Below, piece by piece: positions 12,906 through 25,438 of a stretch of DNA of 64,000 nt. This DNA comes from Tubulanus polymorphus. Lineage: Eukaryota; Animalia; Nemertea. The notes under the pieces are model-generated. The model saw only the letters and a program-made list of their open reading frames with translations, did no database searches and was not told the origin of the DNA. The first letter of the stretch is position 1; every line of letters begins with the position of its first letter. The stretch is taken from contig NW_027437449.1 of NCBI RefSeq assembly GCF_964204645.1, positions 1 to 64,000 on the forward strand, given 5' to 3'. Made by a program: the position numbers and the translations under genes.

Positions 12906-15900
12906 CAACAACACGAGTAACAGCATAAAACACAGACATAAACTGTTCGATTATAAGAACATCATCGAACCATTTCAACACATACTCAACATAGACTTAT
13001 TTTTTAAGAAAAGAACACAGTTATGACCAGTACAAAAGGGGTCCAGATTAATCTTAAGTTGATAGATTGGCAGTTATAGAACTAAGTAATAAACCACAAC
13101 TGTGCAAGTGACCCAGTATTTCCTCACAGACCCCCCTCAATGATGGGGTGGGGGAGCGGGATGTCCCCTCAGATGGGTGAGTGGAAGGGGTGTTGGTCCC
13201 CCTCACTGTAGTCACAGATGGGTGAGGGGAGGGAGGATGTCACTGATGGGTGAGGGGAGGGGGATGTCACTGATGGGTGAGGGGGAGGAGGGGAGGAGGG
13301 GGTGAGGGGAGGAGGGGAGGAGGGTGTTCACATACCGTGGTTTTTCTCGTTCACTATTATCATTAGATGTCGATGATGAATCATTCTCTTTATTCTCTCC
13401 AGCTCCAGCTCCAGCTCCAGCTCCAACTCCAGCTCCAGCTCCAGCTCCAGGTCCAGTCTGTAAACGCATTCTCTCCAGTCTCTCCTCTATCTCTCTCTCT
13501 CGTGCCGCTGTATCAACCGGTCGCGCCGATCCAAATATCGAATCCGACGATTTCTTCGGTTCCGTCTGCTGAGGGGGCGCCACCGCCGGTGATTCTAGTT
13601 TTTTCTCGATCTCTCTCTCTCGTGAGGCGGTATCGATCGGTCGCGCCGACCCGAATATAGACGACGACGCCGTACGATTCTCTTCAGAGGGGGCGCCACC
13701 GTCGTCCGTCTGCTTGGAACGAGGAGCGAGGTTCAGTCTCGGACGTTCTTTCGGTCCCTCACCTCCTCCTTCTATAGAAAACAATTGAAACATCAATTAC
13801 TGAAATCATCCTCGCGAGTTTTATCACATAATTTCACTCAGAAACCAACAACAAATACATGACCTCGATTTGAGGAGTATCTGTCGTCACGGTTACCACC
13901 ACTTCCTCCGTACCGGTCGTCACGGCTAAAAAATATAAAATACATTAAATACATCACGAGATGATTCCGAGAACTTTATTTTCAAATACAAGAAACCACA
14001 AAATCTGTGTGACTATGAAAGTCATATCAGATTCTTCATAAATTTAAGCTCATCAGTGTTTATCCTTTCAGTGAGTCTACATCAAAGTGCGGCGTATCAA
14101 TCAGTGATACTTTGTTGTCGCATCATGGTGTATTGATGTAATTAGTTTTTATCTCTATTGAAAGATGGCAGTACATATCAAACAGTGGAATTATTACGTA
14201 CACCGCACTGGATACGCCGCGCCGCGGTGTAGACACACTGGATACGCCGCACCGCGGTGTAGATACACTGGATATGCCGCACCGCGGTGTAGACACACTG
14301 GATACGCCGCATCGCGGTGTAGATACACTGGATACGCCGTACCGCGGTGTAGATACACTGGATACGGCGCGCCGCGGTGTAGATACACTGGATACGCTGC
14401 ACCGCGGTGTAGATGCACTGGATACGCTGCACCGCGGTGTAGATATACTGGATACGCCACACCGCGGTGTAGATACACTGGATACGCTGCACCGCGGTGT
14501 AGATACACCGGATACGCTGCACCGCGGTGTAGATGCACTGGATACGCTGCACCGCGGTGTAGACACACTGGATACGTTGCACCGCGGTGTAGATACACTG
14601 GATACGCTGCACCGCGGTGTAGATACACTGGATACGCTGCACCGCGGTGTAGACACACTGGATACGCTGCACCGCGGTGTAGATACACTGGATACGCCGC
14701 ACCGCGGTGTAGATATACTGGATACGTCGCACCGCGGTGTAGATACACTGGATACGCTGCACCGCGGTGTAGATGCACTTTAGGTGTTATGCCAGTTATA
14801 CAACACAGTGCAGTGTTCTAAATTTCAATTTATCTCCAGGCCCAGGTTTCACGAAAAAAATTTAACTGAAATATTTGGTGTAATTGCTATTGGTTACTTC
14901 ATATTTTCAACGAGGACAACAATTCAAACTTAACCGTTTTGGGCTTAAACCTGTTTCGTGAAATTGGACCCAGCACTTTTGGTGAAGGTTAATCAAGTTT
15001 TCTGAGTTACACTTAAATGAGCTTCACTGTAAAATTCACTTTGAGATTATCAAATAATTAAAACATGCAACATGCAAATAATAACACATCTAAACCTGGT
15101 TCCTTATTTCAAATCCTAAATCGAATCATTTTGTAAAACTGACTCAATTTGAACCGGGTTTAATTCAATATTTTAGAGAAAACATGAAAAAAAGCATGAA
15201 AATCAAAATAATGACAAATAAAAGTAGGATCAAAAATAAGACATCTATTCCATTATAGAGTGAAACCATGGATACGACACGCCCGTCGTCCCGGGTTTTA
15301 CTGTATAACACAACACCCTCTACTGGCTCTAAGAGGTACTAATCAAGCAGAATCACAGTTCGTGAGAATTAAGCGAATTACAGAATACTCTATGAAATAA
15401 GCAGCTGTAGTTTGAGTGATGTGAGCCGTTTACAGATAGAGTCATTGTTAACTAGAAAACACTCTGGTCAATTCCGTTCATCGCAACAATAGATGGCACC
15501 ACTAGTCATCGCAAATATACTCAACCCTAGTGACTCCTAGCGGAATGTAGATTGCCACAGTAAGCTTTTCAATTTCTATACAACTACAACTAGTGACACC
15601 TAGTGAGACACCGGCGCACCAGTGTCTCCATCTAGTTCATGTATGACTGAGTTGACACTAGTGCCACCTAGTGACATTAGAGAGCGATATATTGAAAGTG
15701 ACCTCTGGTGTTTTTAAGCAGGAACGAAGAATCTTATCGAAACCCTACCTGTACCTATCATTATACCGGTCTCTATACCTGTCTCCACGGAAACCACCTC
15801 CAAAACCACGACCTACAATTACAACAATACAAGCCGTTAAAATCATCTACTAATTCAAATAACAAACAGCGAAATAAACCAAATATCACTTTAAAGTCTG

Positions 15901-18900
15901 ATCAAAAACCTACCATCTCTTCTGTCTCTACCATAACCACCATCGCGATCACCGCCATACCCACGGCTACCACCATACCCGCGATCACGATCACCGCCAT
16001 ATCCGCGATCACGATCACCGCCATATCCGCGATCACGATCACCGCCATATCCGCGATCCCGATCACCACCATATCCGCGATCACGATCACCTCCGTACCC
16101 GCGATCCCGATCACCGCCATATCCGCGATCACGATCACCGCCATAACCGCGATCACGATCGCCGCCATATCCGCGATCACGATCACCGCCATATCCGCGA
16201 TCACGGCCTCCAAAACCACCGCGATCATCATCCCTACCTCGACTCGAAAAGCGATCATCATTTCGCGAATCATCTAGAATTTCAAACAAAATCAAATAAT
16301 AAATTTCCTCGACAGAATCGAGCCCTGGCAAGTGAGTTATGCATACCGGTCATAGGTCGACTCCTCCAATCACTGGCCTCGTCAGAGCGATCAGTTTCAC
16401 CTCGTCCTCCGCCTCCAAAACCACCTCCTCCAGACTCTACAAATAATCATACACCTTCATTCATTACTGTGGCAAGTATGCATTGTTATCGGTGGCGCTC
16501 TCTCTAGCTGGATAAACCGGCGCACTCTATAGGGAGATAAAACTACAAACCTTGATTACTGGCTAAATCAACTCGAATTTTACGATTCAACAACATCTGA
16601 AAAATTAACAATAAATTCATTCAATACAATCATTTTTATCTTTTCTCTAAAATCAATGATTGTCCAGAAAATGATTCTTACCTCATCGTTGAGATCGATA
16701 GCTGCTATTAGAGATTGTCGATCAGCAAATTCCGCGTAACCAAAACCCTTTCTGCGTCCGCCATCAGCTGGTAACCGTACCGACAATACCTACAAATACA
16801 ACCATACCGTTACACTGAATTACAACTGTCATGGCAGGTTCCTTGCGTCATCAGCAAGACACCAAAAATTCAAATTCTCTGATTAAATTATAAGATATCC
16901 TCAGTGAGGGCTGTTTCTTATCAAGAAGTTCCTTGTGCCACTCGTCACCAGCAAGAACAACAAGACACCAAAAATACAAAATTCTCATACAAAATAAAGC
17001 AGAAATTCCTTGATTTAAAACTCACCTCAAATTTGCTGAAGAATTTATGAATGCTTTCCTCGTCGACATCGTACGGTAGGTTGCCTAGAAACGCTGTGAA
17101 TGGCGGCTTCGTGGGTACTTTAGCCATATCTACGGTTGGCCCGAGGGCTGACTTGGGAGCCGAGGGTAACAGTGCCCGGTTTACAGTCGGGCGACTGATA
17201 CCGTAATCCATATCCATCGATTCTATAAATAATATCGGTACCGGTATACACCACTAGATGGCGTAAATTATAGCACAGGTAAAATCAGTTCATTTTCAAA
17301 TTTCAAATCTTGTTATTTTAAAGAGTTTTCATTGATTATCACGAGAAGGTTGATTGAGAAACTACTAGTGACACCTGGTAGATGTATATCGTACTAGCGC
17401 CCCCTGTCCGGTAGATGTATATCGTACTAGCGCCCCCTGTCCGGTAGATGTATATCGTACTAGCGCCCCCTGTCTGGTAGATGTATATCGCACTAGCGCC
17501 CCCTGTCTGGTAGATGTATATCGTACTAGCGCCCCCTGTCTGGTAGATGTATATCGCACTAGCGCCCCCTGTCTGGTAGATGTATATCGCACTAGCGCCC
17601 CCTGTCTGGTAGATGTATATCGCACTAGCGCCCCCTGTCCCGTAGATGTATATCGCACTAGCGCCCCCTGTCCCGTAGATGTATATCGCACTAGCGCCCC
17701 CTGTCTGGTAGATGTATATCGTACTAGCGCCCCCTGTCCGGTAGATGTATATCGTACTAGCGCCCCCTGTCCGGTAGATGTATATCGTACTAGCGCCCCC
17801 TGTCTGGTAGATGTATATCGTACTAGCGCCCCCTGTCTGGTAGATGTATATCGTACTAGCGCCCCCTGTCTGGTAGATGTATATCGTACTAGCGCCCCCT
17901 GTCTGGTAGATGTATATCGTACTAGCGCCCCCTGTCCGGTAGATGTATATCGTACTAGCGCCCCCTGTCCGGTAGATGTATATCGTAATAGCGCCCCCTG
18001 TCCGGTAGATGTATATCGTACTAGCGCCCCCTGTCCCGTAGATGTATATCGTACTAGCGCCCCCTGTCCGGTAGATGTATATCGTACTAGCGCCCCCTGT
18101 CCGGTAGATGTATATCGTACTAGCGCCCCCTGTCCGGTAGATGAATATCGTACTAGCGCCCCCTGTCTGGTAGATGTATATCGTACTAGCGCCCCCTGTC
18201 TGGTAGATGTATATCGTACTAGCGCCCCCTGTCCGGTAGATGTATATCGTACTAGCGCCCCCTGTCTGGTAGATGTATATCGTACTAGCGCCCCCTGTCC
18301 GGTAGATGTATATCGTACTAGCGCCCCCTGTCCGGTAGATGTATATCGTACTAGCGCCCCCTGTCCGGTGGATGTATATCGTACTAGCGCCCCCTGTCCC
18401 GTAGATGTATATCGTACTAGCGCCCCCTGTCCGGTAGATGTATATCGTACTAGCGCCCCCCTGTCTGGTAGATGTATATCTTACTAGCGTCCCCTGTCTG
18501 GTAGATATATATCGTACTAGCGCCCCCTGTCCGGTAGATGTATATCTTACTAGCGCCCCCTGTCCGGTAGATGTATATCGTACTAGCGCCCCCTGTCTGG
18601 TGGATGTATATCGTACTAGCGCCCCCTGTCCGGTAGATGTATATCGTACTAGCGCCCCCTGTCTGGTGGATGTATATGGTACTAGCGCCCCCTGTCCGGT
18701 AGATGTATATCTTACTAGCGCCCCCTGTCTAGTAGATGTATATGGTACTAGCGCCCCCTGTCCGGTGTATACTAACCTCCACCTATATCCTCATTTTCCA
18801 TTTCGGTTGCCCAGTCGGTTTTATTCTGTAAAACCAGACTGATTCCCGGAGAATCAGACTCATCTCCGAGAAATTCATTTAAATGAAGCGTCTTTCCTTT

Positions 18901-19771
18901 AGACTTCTTCTTTTTACCTGCAAAAATAAAACAAGAGAGAATTTATTTATATAAACCACACTTTGTGATTGCAGGATGTTTTTGGTTTTCGGTAGGTAAA
19001 TTTCCTAGAAGCCTCGCAAACAAGTTGAGCAACAATAATACAAACGTTTTGAATGATATATCAAATTCGACTTTTACATAAAATATTTTTCAAGTAATTT
19101 GATGATTGACAAGTTATGAGGGTGAGAGGGAGTGGAAGGGAGTGAGAGGTAAGAGGGAGGGGAGGAGGGGGGTACGAGATGAGTGGCAGCTGATATTGAA
19201 ACCTGCACTGGCAGGATGTTGACACCTGCCAGTAGCAGGTGTCGTTTTTGGCTTTATTTCAAAGAATGAAATTAATGAAGTTACAAAAACGACTGAGTCT
19301 CCATCCTCTCTCTCTCTCTACCAGCAGACCTCAGTCAAATCAGTGAAGGGCCACCCGGGACTGAGTGAGGCCCGTGCATGGTCGTGAATCTCTGGGACAA
19401 TGTTTGGGCAGGATCCCTCAAGGAGAACTCGATATCCTTAACCCATGGATCTAACTTTCATCGGAATCAAATCGATTCTCACAAATCAATCAAAAAATAT
19501 CTGGTGTTTCTCGTAAATAACGGCCTCCTCTAATTGGTAAATCAATTACGTAAGCGTAGTTGACACAGACTAATCCCGGTAACATATTCTACGAGTTTTA
19601 AGCGTCTGAACACCGTTAACCGGCGCTAAATCGGTTCTAATCCAGAGATTATCGATGCCGATACGCGGATTAACGGTTAATCTCAGCGATTAACTCATTT
19701 TACAACTGATTTATTCGAGTTGAAATGTTTTTTGAGTGTTGGATCACGTTTTACTGACCACTAGCCGCCAT
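11112..19771 (-). CDS. EIF4B: Eukaryotic translation initiation factor 4B (~16 exons; e.g. 19759-19771, 18777-18917, 17026-17222, 16682-16789, 16551-16596, 16347-16436, 15914-16273, ~13336-13771, last exon 11112-11180)
   Basis: [21 protein letters not shown] start; RRM with [14 protein letters not shown] and KGFGYAEF; DRYG-rich repeats; [11 protein letters not shown] and two SIFGSARP(I/V)DTA motifs; [10 protein letters not shown]; C-terminal SNKFAQL. Some middle-exon boundaries are approximate. Confidence 0.93.
14203..14778. repeat. 30-bp minisatellite (~19 copies) in an eIF4B intron
   Basis: Unit GGATACGCTGCACCGCGGTGTAGATACACT with palindromic core ACCGCGGT; produces several spurious repetitive ORFs. 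Confidence 0.95.
17375..18770. repeat. 33-bp minisatellite (~42 copies) filling eIF4B intron 2
   Basis: Unit [33 protein letters not shown]. Confidence 0.95.
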
Positions 19772-20239
19772 CTTGAATTCAGAGACCCGGATGACGGGAT
19801 ATCCCAATTTTTAAAGTTCGTTCAATAGCAAATTAGTTTCCAAATTGATCTCAATGTTCGTTTTCTTTTAGTTCTAAAACCATTTCGTAGGATTTGATGT
19901 TTTTCAATTTTACCCATATGTGGATCAATAAAATATACATTGAATTGAATTTAATCTCAATCGATTCAATTCAATTTAATAAATTTATCAGTTGACATTT
20001 ATGTGATTATCTTGTTTATTCATGTTTTTTGCTATTCGGGAAATCTTCATATTTAAAAAGAAAGTTAATTTCTGAAATAAAAATTGATAAAAACCGGATA
20101 TAGACTTTCTACCGGAATCGGTCCACTATCCGGATTGTACGCTATACCGCGATTAATCTCTTCCGGGTTTCTTACATTTTTTTCAGAAAACTTTCGACAA
20201 TTCGATTCTAAATCGGCTCAAAGCAATCAAACCGATAAA
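19764..20239. promoter_or_regulatory. Bidirectional promoter EIF4B/LZTFL1, with a TISU/YY1 element around the eIF4B ATG
   Basis: Start codons are 468 bp apart and divergent; ETS-like CCGGA(A/T) motifs; minus-strand CAAGATGGCGGC (19775-19764) matches TISU SAASATGGCGGC. Confidence 0.7.
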
Positions 20240-23200
20240 ATGGTGTGTATTTTCTGTTAAAACTTTGTTACTTCTAATTGAAACTATACCTGTTTTGAGC
20301 GATGCGTTTTGAGTCGGGGGACAAATTAAAAAGAAAAGTTTGTAATGTCTGCATTTTCCATTTATTAGCTTACTACGGCACGCAAATCCGCCTATGACGT
20401 CATTAGATTGTGTGTATTATGTGTTTGTTTGTTTCAGACGACTGAACTGGGTGTAAATGAACATCACAGAAATGTAGTAATAAACTATCTGAGATTTGCT
20501 CGGTATCAAAGAGCTCAAAGACTGAAAGCAGTTGATGACAGTTTTAAGAATCTGGAGGAAAGCAGGTATGTTTGAATCCATTGACACTAGGGGGCAGCAT
20601 CGACAACCTTCATCAGAGCTCTTAGTACATGCAGCGCCCTGAACCGGCCGCGAACCGGCCGCGAACCGGCCGCTCTCAGGACTTGGTGAACGAGATTGCC
20701 ACAGTACGAAACCCTGCCTCATTAATGTCTATTTCAACCTGACTTGAGAGCATTCCTGTTGGCCTAGCTCGGTCAGTTTTGGTAGTACATACCTGATAAA
20801 AGTCTTAATAGGACCAGAATGCATTGGCAGTCGACCTAAATCATCATTTTTTAATCCATTTGAAACTGAATTGAAGGATATCCAAAAAGTATTCACTGAA
20901 AGGGGTTCCTGAGAGAAAAGAGACTCCATGATTTGAAAGTTTAACAATATGTTTCCATGCCTACCAACTATAGTTTGGTTTGAAATAGACATTAGACCAA
21001 GTGCGTAGGGAGAGAGGGGAGGAAGGGGAGGGGAGGGAGGAAGGGGCTTTAATGTTCAGGAGAAATGAATCAAGAGACAGAAGACTCTTATTTCAAATTT
21101 AATCGGAGTTCGTCTAAGGGCTCTCAGAACAACCTGTAAATTTGATAGATTTAGTTGTAAGTTGTAAGTTGTATGTCATATGTTGTAAGTTGTAAGTTGT
21201 AAGTTGTATATTGATAGATTGGAAGATGATGAAACGTTCACTAAAGATGAAGTAGTAGAAATCCTCGATGGATTATTAACAGTTGTAAGGAGTGAAGTCG
21301 AAGATGAATTAATAAACACATCTCACACAAACGTCCTCATGTTACGACAATTATTCATCGAGGCTGAAAAATGGCATTTAAAACTTTCCGCTGATATATC
21401 GGAACTTGAAAACAGGTATTTATCACCGGGGGCGACGACAGACGCTGACCGTATCACGGACTGTGTGAGGTCATTTTTTTGATTTTCTATTGTAGAGAAT
21501 TGTTGGAGAAAATAGCGGATTTTGAAGAGCAGGAATTCAGCGGAACGAAGAGAGACACCGAGTTTAATTTGGCTTCGATGAAATTGGAGCCATTAAACGA
21601 AACCGGACAAACGGCTCTATTACACTTAGTAAGTTACGATCAAAACCACCAGGTGGCGCTCCAATGTTTTACTGATACCTCATCCGGAAGGAGGATTTAT
21701 GATGATTTCTTTGGGGGTCAAAAATGAACTAAAATCTATTTATTTAAAAAAATCATATAATTTGCAAGAAAGATTAATTCAGATTTTGATATTTTAAGTT
21801 GTATATTGTAAATTGTAAAGTGTAAGTTGTATATTGTAAGTTGTAGATTGTAAGTTGTATATTGTAAGTTGTAGATTGTAAGTTGTATATTGAAAGTTGT
21901 AAGTTGTTGTATTTCTAGGAGATCAATCGATTGAAAGAAGAGAATCTGAAATTGCGCGATGTTTTACGAGATGTTGAAGAACGCGCTATGAGTTTGACGG
22001 GAGACAGAGGGAAACTAGCGGCCGATCTCGAGCGAATCAGAGCAGCCCAAGGCATTATACTTACAGAGGTCAGTCTTCCATAGAATAGTTTAATCCCGGT
22101 TTATCCTGGTTTATGCTAATCAACGTGATGTTTATATTTATTTGTAGGACGGAACAACGGATGACATCGCGAAATTACAACAACAAATTGAGAAATATAA
22201 ACTAGACATAAAACAGGTAAAACAGATCTCGAGACCTGTTTACTGAAGTCACCTGTTTACTGAAGTCACCTGTTTACTGAAGTCTGTTTACTGAAGTCTG
22301 TTTACTGAAGTCTGTTTACTGAAGTCTGTTTACTGAAGTCTGTTTACTGAAGTCTGTTTACTGAAGTCTGTTTACTAAAGTCTGTTTACTGAAGTCTGTT
22401 TACTAAAGTCTGTTTACTAAAGTCTGTTTACTGAAGTCTGTTTACTAAAGACTGTTTTTTTTCATGTGGAACCTATTTATTGGATAAATCACTTTATCTT
22501 TTAAACGCATTCCTCAATTTGATGGTTTTACATGGTTTGAAAAAGTAATTTGAAATGGTCGGCATGGAAACATATCGTTGAAATTGATTGAGTCTCTTTT
22601 CTCTGATTCAAATGAGTTTAAAAAGATTTTTTGGAAGTCACTTACAACAGTGTAATAATGGATATAAAAACAATGATTCATCTGTAGTTTCACTAGTCAT
22701 ATCGAGACCAATTTGAATTATGTGTTTAAAGAATTACGAGAAATTTCTCCCAAAAAACTCCTTTAAATTCACCATGTTTTTTTGTTTTTGATTCAGAGCG
22801 CAGGTCGTGAAGGTTTGGATCCGTTTGAATCTGAATTAATCAGTTTAAAACATGAATTCCTACGAATTAAACACATGTTGGATATGAAAGAAGAGGTAGG
22901 TATCTTTAAACCAATCAAATTCATTGTTTCACTTTTCTAAACCAATCAAATTCATTGTTACACTTTTCTAAACCAATCAAATTCATTGTTAAACTTTTCT
23001 AAACCAATCAAATTCATTGTTACACTTTTCTAAACCAATCAAATTCATTGTTACACTTTTCTAATCCAATCAAATTCATTGTTACACTTTTCTAAACCAA
23101 TCAAATTCATCGTTACACTTTTCTAATCCAATCAAATTCATCGTTACACTTTTCTAAACCAATCAAATTCATTGTTACACCTGTTGTTTTTGTGTAGGAA

Positions 23201-23416
23201 TTAGAGAAGAAAGTCAGTCAAACCGTCCAGTTTAAGAATGTTCAATCAATGCTTCGTAAAAAGAATGAACAGTTGAAAGATCTTAGAAAACGATTAATGA
23301 AGTCAGTATTTACACCTCAATGTTGATGCAGGTCTCAGGGTGAAGTTTCACAGTCAAATAAAGTCATTTCGTTTTTTTTATTTATTTTCAGATATGAAAG
23401 TTTAGATGATGATTAA
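20240..23416 (+). CDS. LZTFL1: Leucine zipper transcription factor-like 1 (BBS17); exons 20240-20242, 20438-20565, 21218-21415, 21496-21628, 21919-22068, 22148-22216, 22797-22895, 23198-23301, 23392-23416
   Basis: M|TTELGVNEHHRNVVINYLRFAR; EDELINTSHTNVLMLRQLFIEAEKWHLKLSADISELENRELLEKIADFE; ELEKKVSQT..MLRKKNEQLKDLRKRL. GT-AG junctions are in frame; ATG-only first coding exon. Confidence 0.93.
20723..20994. mobile_element. Internally deleted copy of the 7737-8241 MITE in LZTFL1 intron 2
   Basis: Same TAATGTCTATTTCAA termini and left arm. Confidence 0.85.
22235..22455. repeat. 14-bp tandem repeat CTGTTTACTGAAGT
   Basis: Direct reading. Confidence 0.9.
22908..23180. repeat. 31-bp tandem repeat (~9 copies) filling an LZTFL1 intron
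   Basis: Unit AAACCAATCAAATTCATTGTTACACTTTTCT. Confidence 0.9.
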
Positions 23417-23469
23417 AAACCTGAACAATGAAACCTGAATATAACAGACAGATAGAGTTAGATCAGATT

Positions 23470-24786
23470 TACTGAACCCGGTCCGGACTGACTGAACCGG
23501 TCCGGACTGGCTGAGCTTGGTCCGGACTGACTGAACCCTGTCCGGACTGACTGAACCCTGTCCGGACTGGCTGAGCCTGGTCCGGACTGACCAAAATCGG
23601 TCGAGACTGACCAAACCCGGTCTGGACTGACTGAGCTTGGTCCGGACTGGCTGAACCCTGTCCGGACTGGCTGAACCCTGTCCGGACTGACTGAGCCTTG
23701 TCCCGACTGACTGAACCCTGTTCGGACTGACTGAGCCTGGTCCGGGCTGGCTGAGCGTGGTCCAGACTGACTGAACCCTGTCCGGACTGGCTGAGCTTGG
23801 TCCAGACTGACTGAACCCTGTCCGGACTGACTGAACCCTGTCCGGACTGGCTGAGCCTGGTCCGGACTGACCAAAATCGGTCGAGACTGACCAAACCCGG
23901 TCTGGACTGACTGAGCTTGGTCCGGACTGGCTGAACCCTGTCCGGACTGACTGAGCCTTGTCCGGACTGACTGAACCCGCTCCGGACTGGCTGAGCCTGG
24001 TCCGGACTGACCAAAATCGGTCGAGACTGACCAAACCCGGTCTGGACTGACTGAGCTTGGTCCGGACTGGCTGAACCCTGTCCGGACTGACTGAGCCTTG
24101 TCCGGACTGACTGAACCCGCTCCGGACTGGCTGAGCCTGGTCCGGACTGACCAAAATCGGTCGAGACTGACCAAACCCGGTCTGGACTGACTGAGCTTGG
24201 TCCGGACTGGCTGAACCCTGTCCGGACTGGCTGAGCCTGGTCCGGACTGACCAAAATCGGTCGAGACTGACCAAACCCGGTCTGGACTGACTGAGCTTGG
24301 TCCGGACTGGCTGAACCCTGTCCGGACTGACTGAGCCTTGTCCCGACTGACTGAACCCTGTTCGGACTGACTGAGCCTGGTCCGGGCTGGCTGAGCGTGG
24401 TCCAGACTGACTGAACCCTGTCCGGACTGGCTGAGCTTGGTCCAGACTGACTGAACCCTGTCCGGACTGACTGAACCCTGTCCGGACTGGCTGAGCCTGG
24501 TCCGGACTGACCAAAATCGGTCGAGACTGACCAAACCCGGTCTGGACTGACTGAGCTTGGTCCGGACTGGCTGAACCCTGTCCGGACTGACTGAGCTTGG
24601 TCCAGACTGACTGAACCCGGTCCGGACTGGCTGAGCTTGGTCCAGACTGACTGAACCCGGTCCGGACTGGCTGAGCCTGGTCCGGACTGACCAAAATCGG
24701 TCCAGACTGACTGAACCCTGTCCGGACTGACTGAGCTTGGTCCGGACTGGCTGAACCCGGTCCGGACTGACCAAACCCGGTCCGGA
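23470..24786. repeat. 20-bp satellite with higher-order structure just after the LZTFL1 stop
   Basis: Unit TCCGGACTG(A/G)CTGA(AC/GC)YYTG with recurring variant blocks (CCAAAATCGG TCGAGACTGA CCAAACCCGG); ~65 units. Confidence 0.95.
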
Positions 24787-25320
24787 TCCTCTCACAGTCC
24801 AGTTTAAATTCAATAGTTAGTGACAAGATTGATTTTTACCAATAAGTTTTTTTTTACTAATAATGTATTTAATTGTAATTATCTATATATGAATGAACTA
24901 ACCTAAAAATGATTCCAGAATGAATTGTCTGCCTCCGTAAATCACCCTATGACATCATCAAATTACTAATCTAGTTTCAGTCAAAACTCGAGTAGACAAA
25001 TTGATGATGTCATAAGGGGATAAATGAAAGGGTTGGCAACTCCGGTCTCGAACCTGGTTAGATTATACCATCATTCAAAAGTTAAGTCCTGCCATATGTC
25101 CGACATTTAGGCATACTGTGTTGTATTGTGTGTAGCCGTCCAGTTTTTCTATAAAAAATAAAAAATTTCAAAAAAGGAAATTGTTAGTTAATTGATTAGT
25201 TAGCAGTGGAATTTGTGGGATTCGAACCTTAATAGATCCGAAAATGAATAAATGACGACGCAAATACGATTGACTCATTTATCTGATCAATAATTATGAA
25301 TTTGACGAAAAAAAATGATG

Positions 25321-25438
25321 TGTCAGAAGTGGGATTCGAACCCACGCCCACATTCGTGGACCAGAACGCTCGCTACCCGTATTCGGGCAAGGTAGGATAC
25401 CTTGAGTCTGGCGCCTTAGACCGCTCGGCCATCCTGAC
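25321..25438 (-). tRNA. tRNA-Leu(CAA) with a 34-nt intron (25367-25400)
   Basis: GTCAGGATGGCCGAGCGGTCTAAGGCGCCAGACTCAAG-[intron]-TTCTGGTCC..GTGGGTTCGAATCCCACTTCTGACA; A and B boxes; T-run Pol III terminator at ~25308-25315. Confidence 0.97.

Noticed and set aside
14123-14821. Five overlapping repetitive ORFs
   Set aside because: 30-bp intronic minisatellite.
15708-16277. Plus-strand ITAISA-repeat ORF
   Set aside because: Antisense shadow of the eIF4B DRYG exon.
20590-20620. Minus-strand CTGATGA as a third hammerhead
   Set aside because: No closing stem II followed by GAAA.
23402-24826. Three long minus-strand ORFs (474, 451, 261 aa)
   Set aside because: Stop-free by virtue of the 20-bp satellite; no unique coding flanks.
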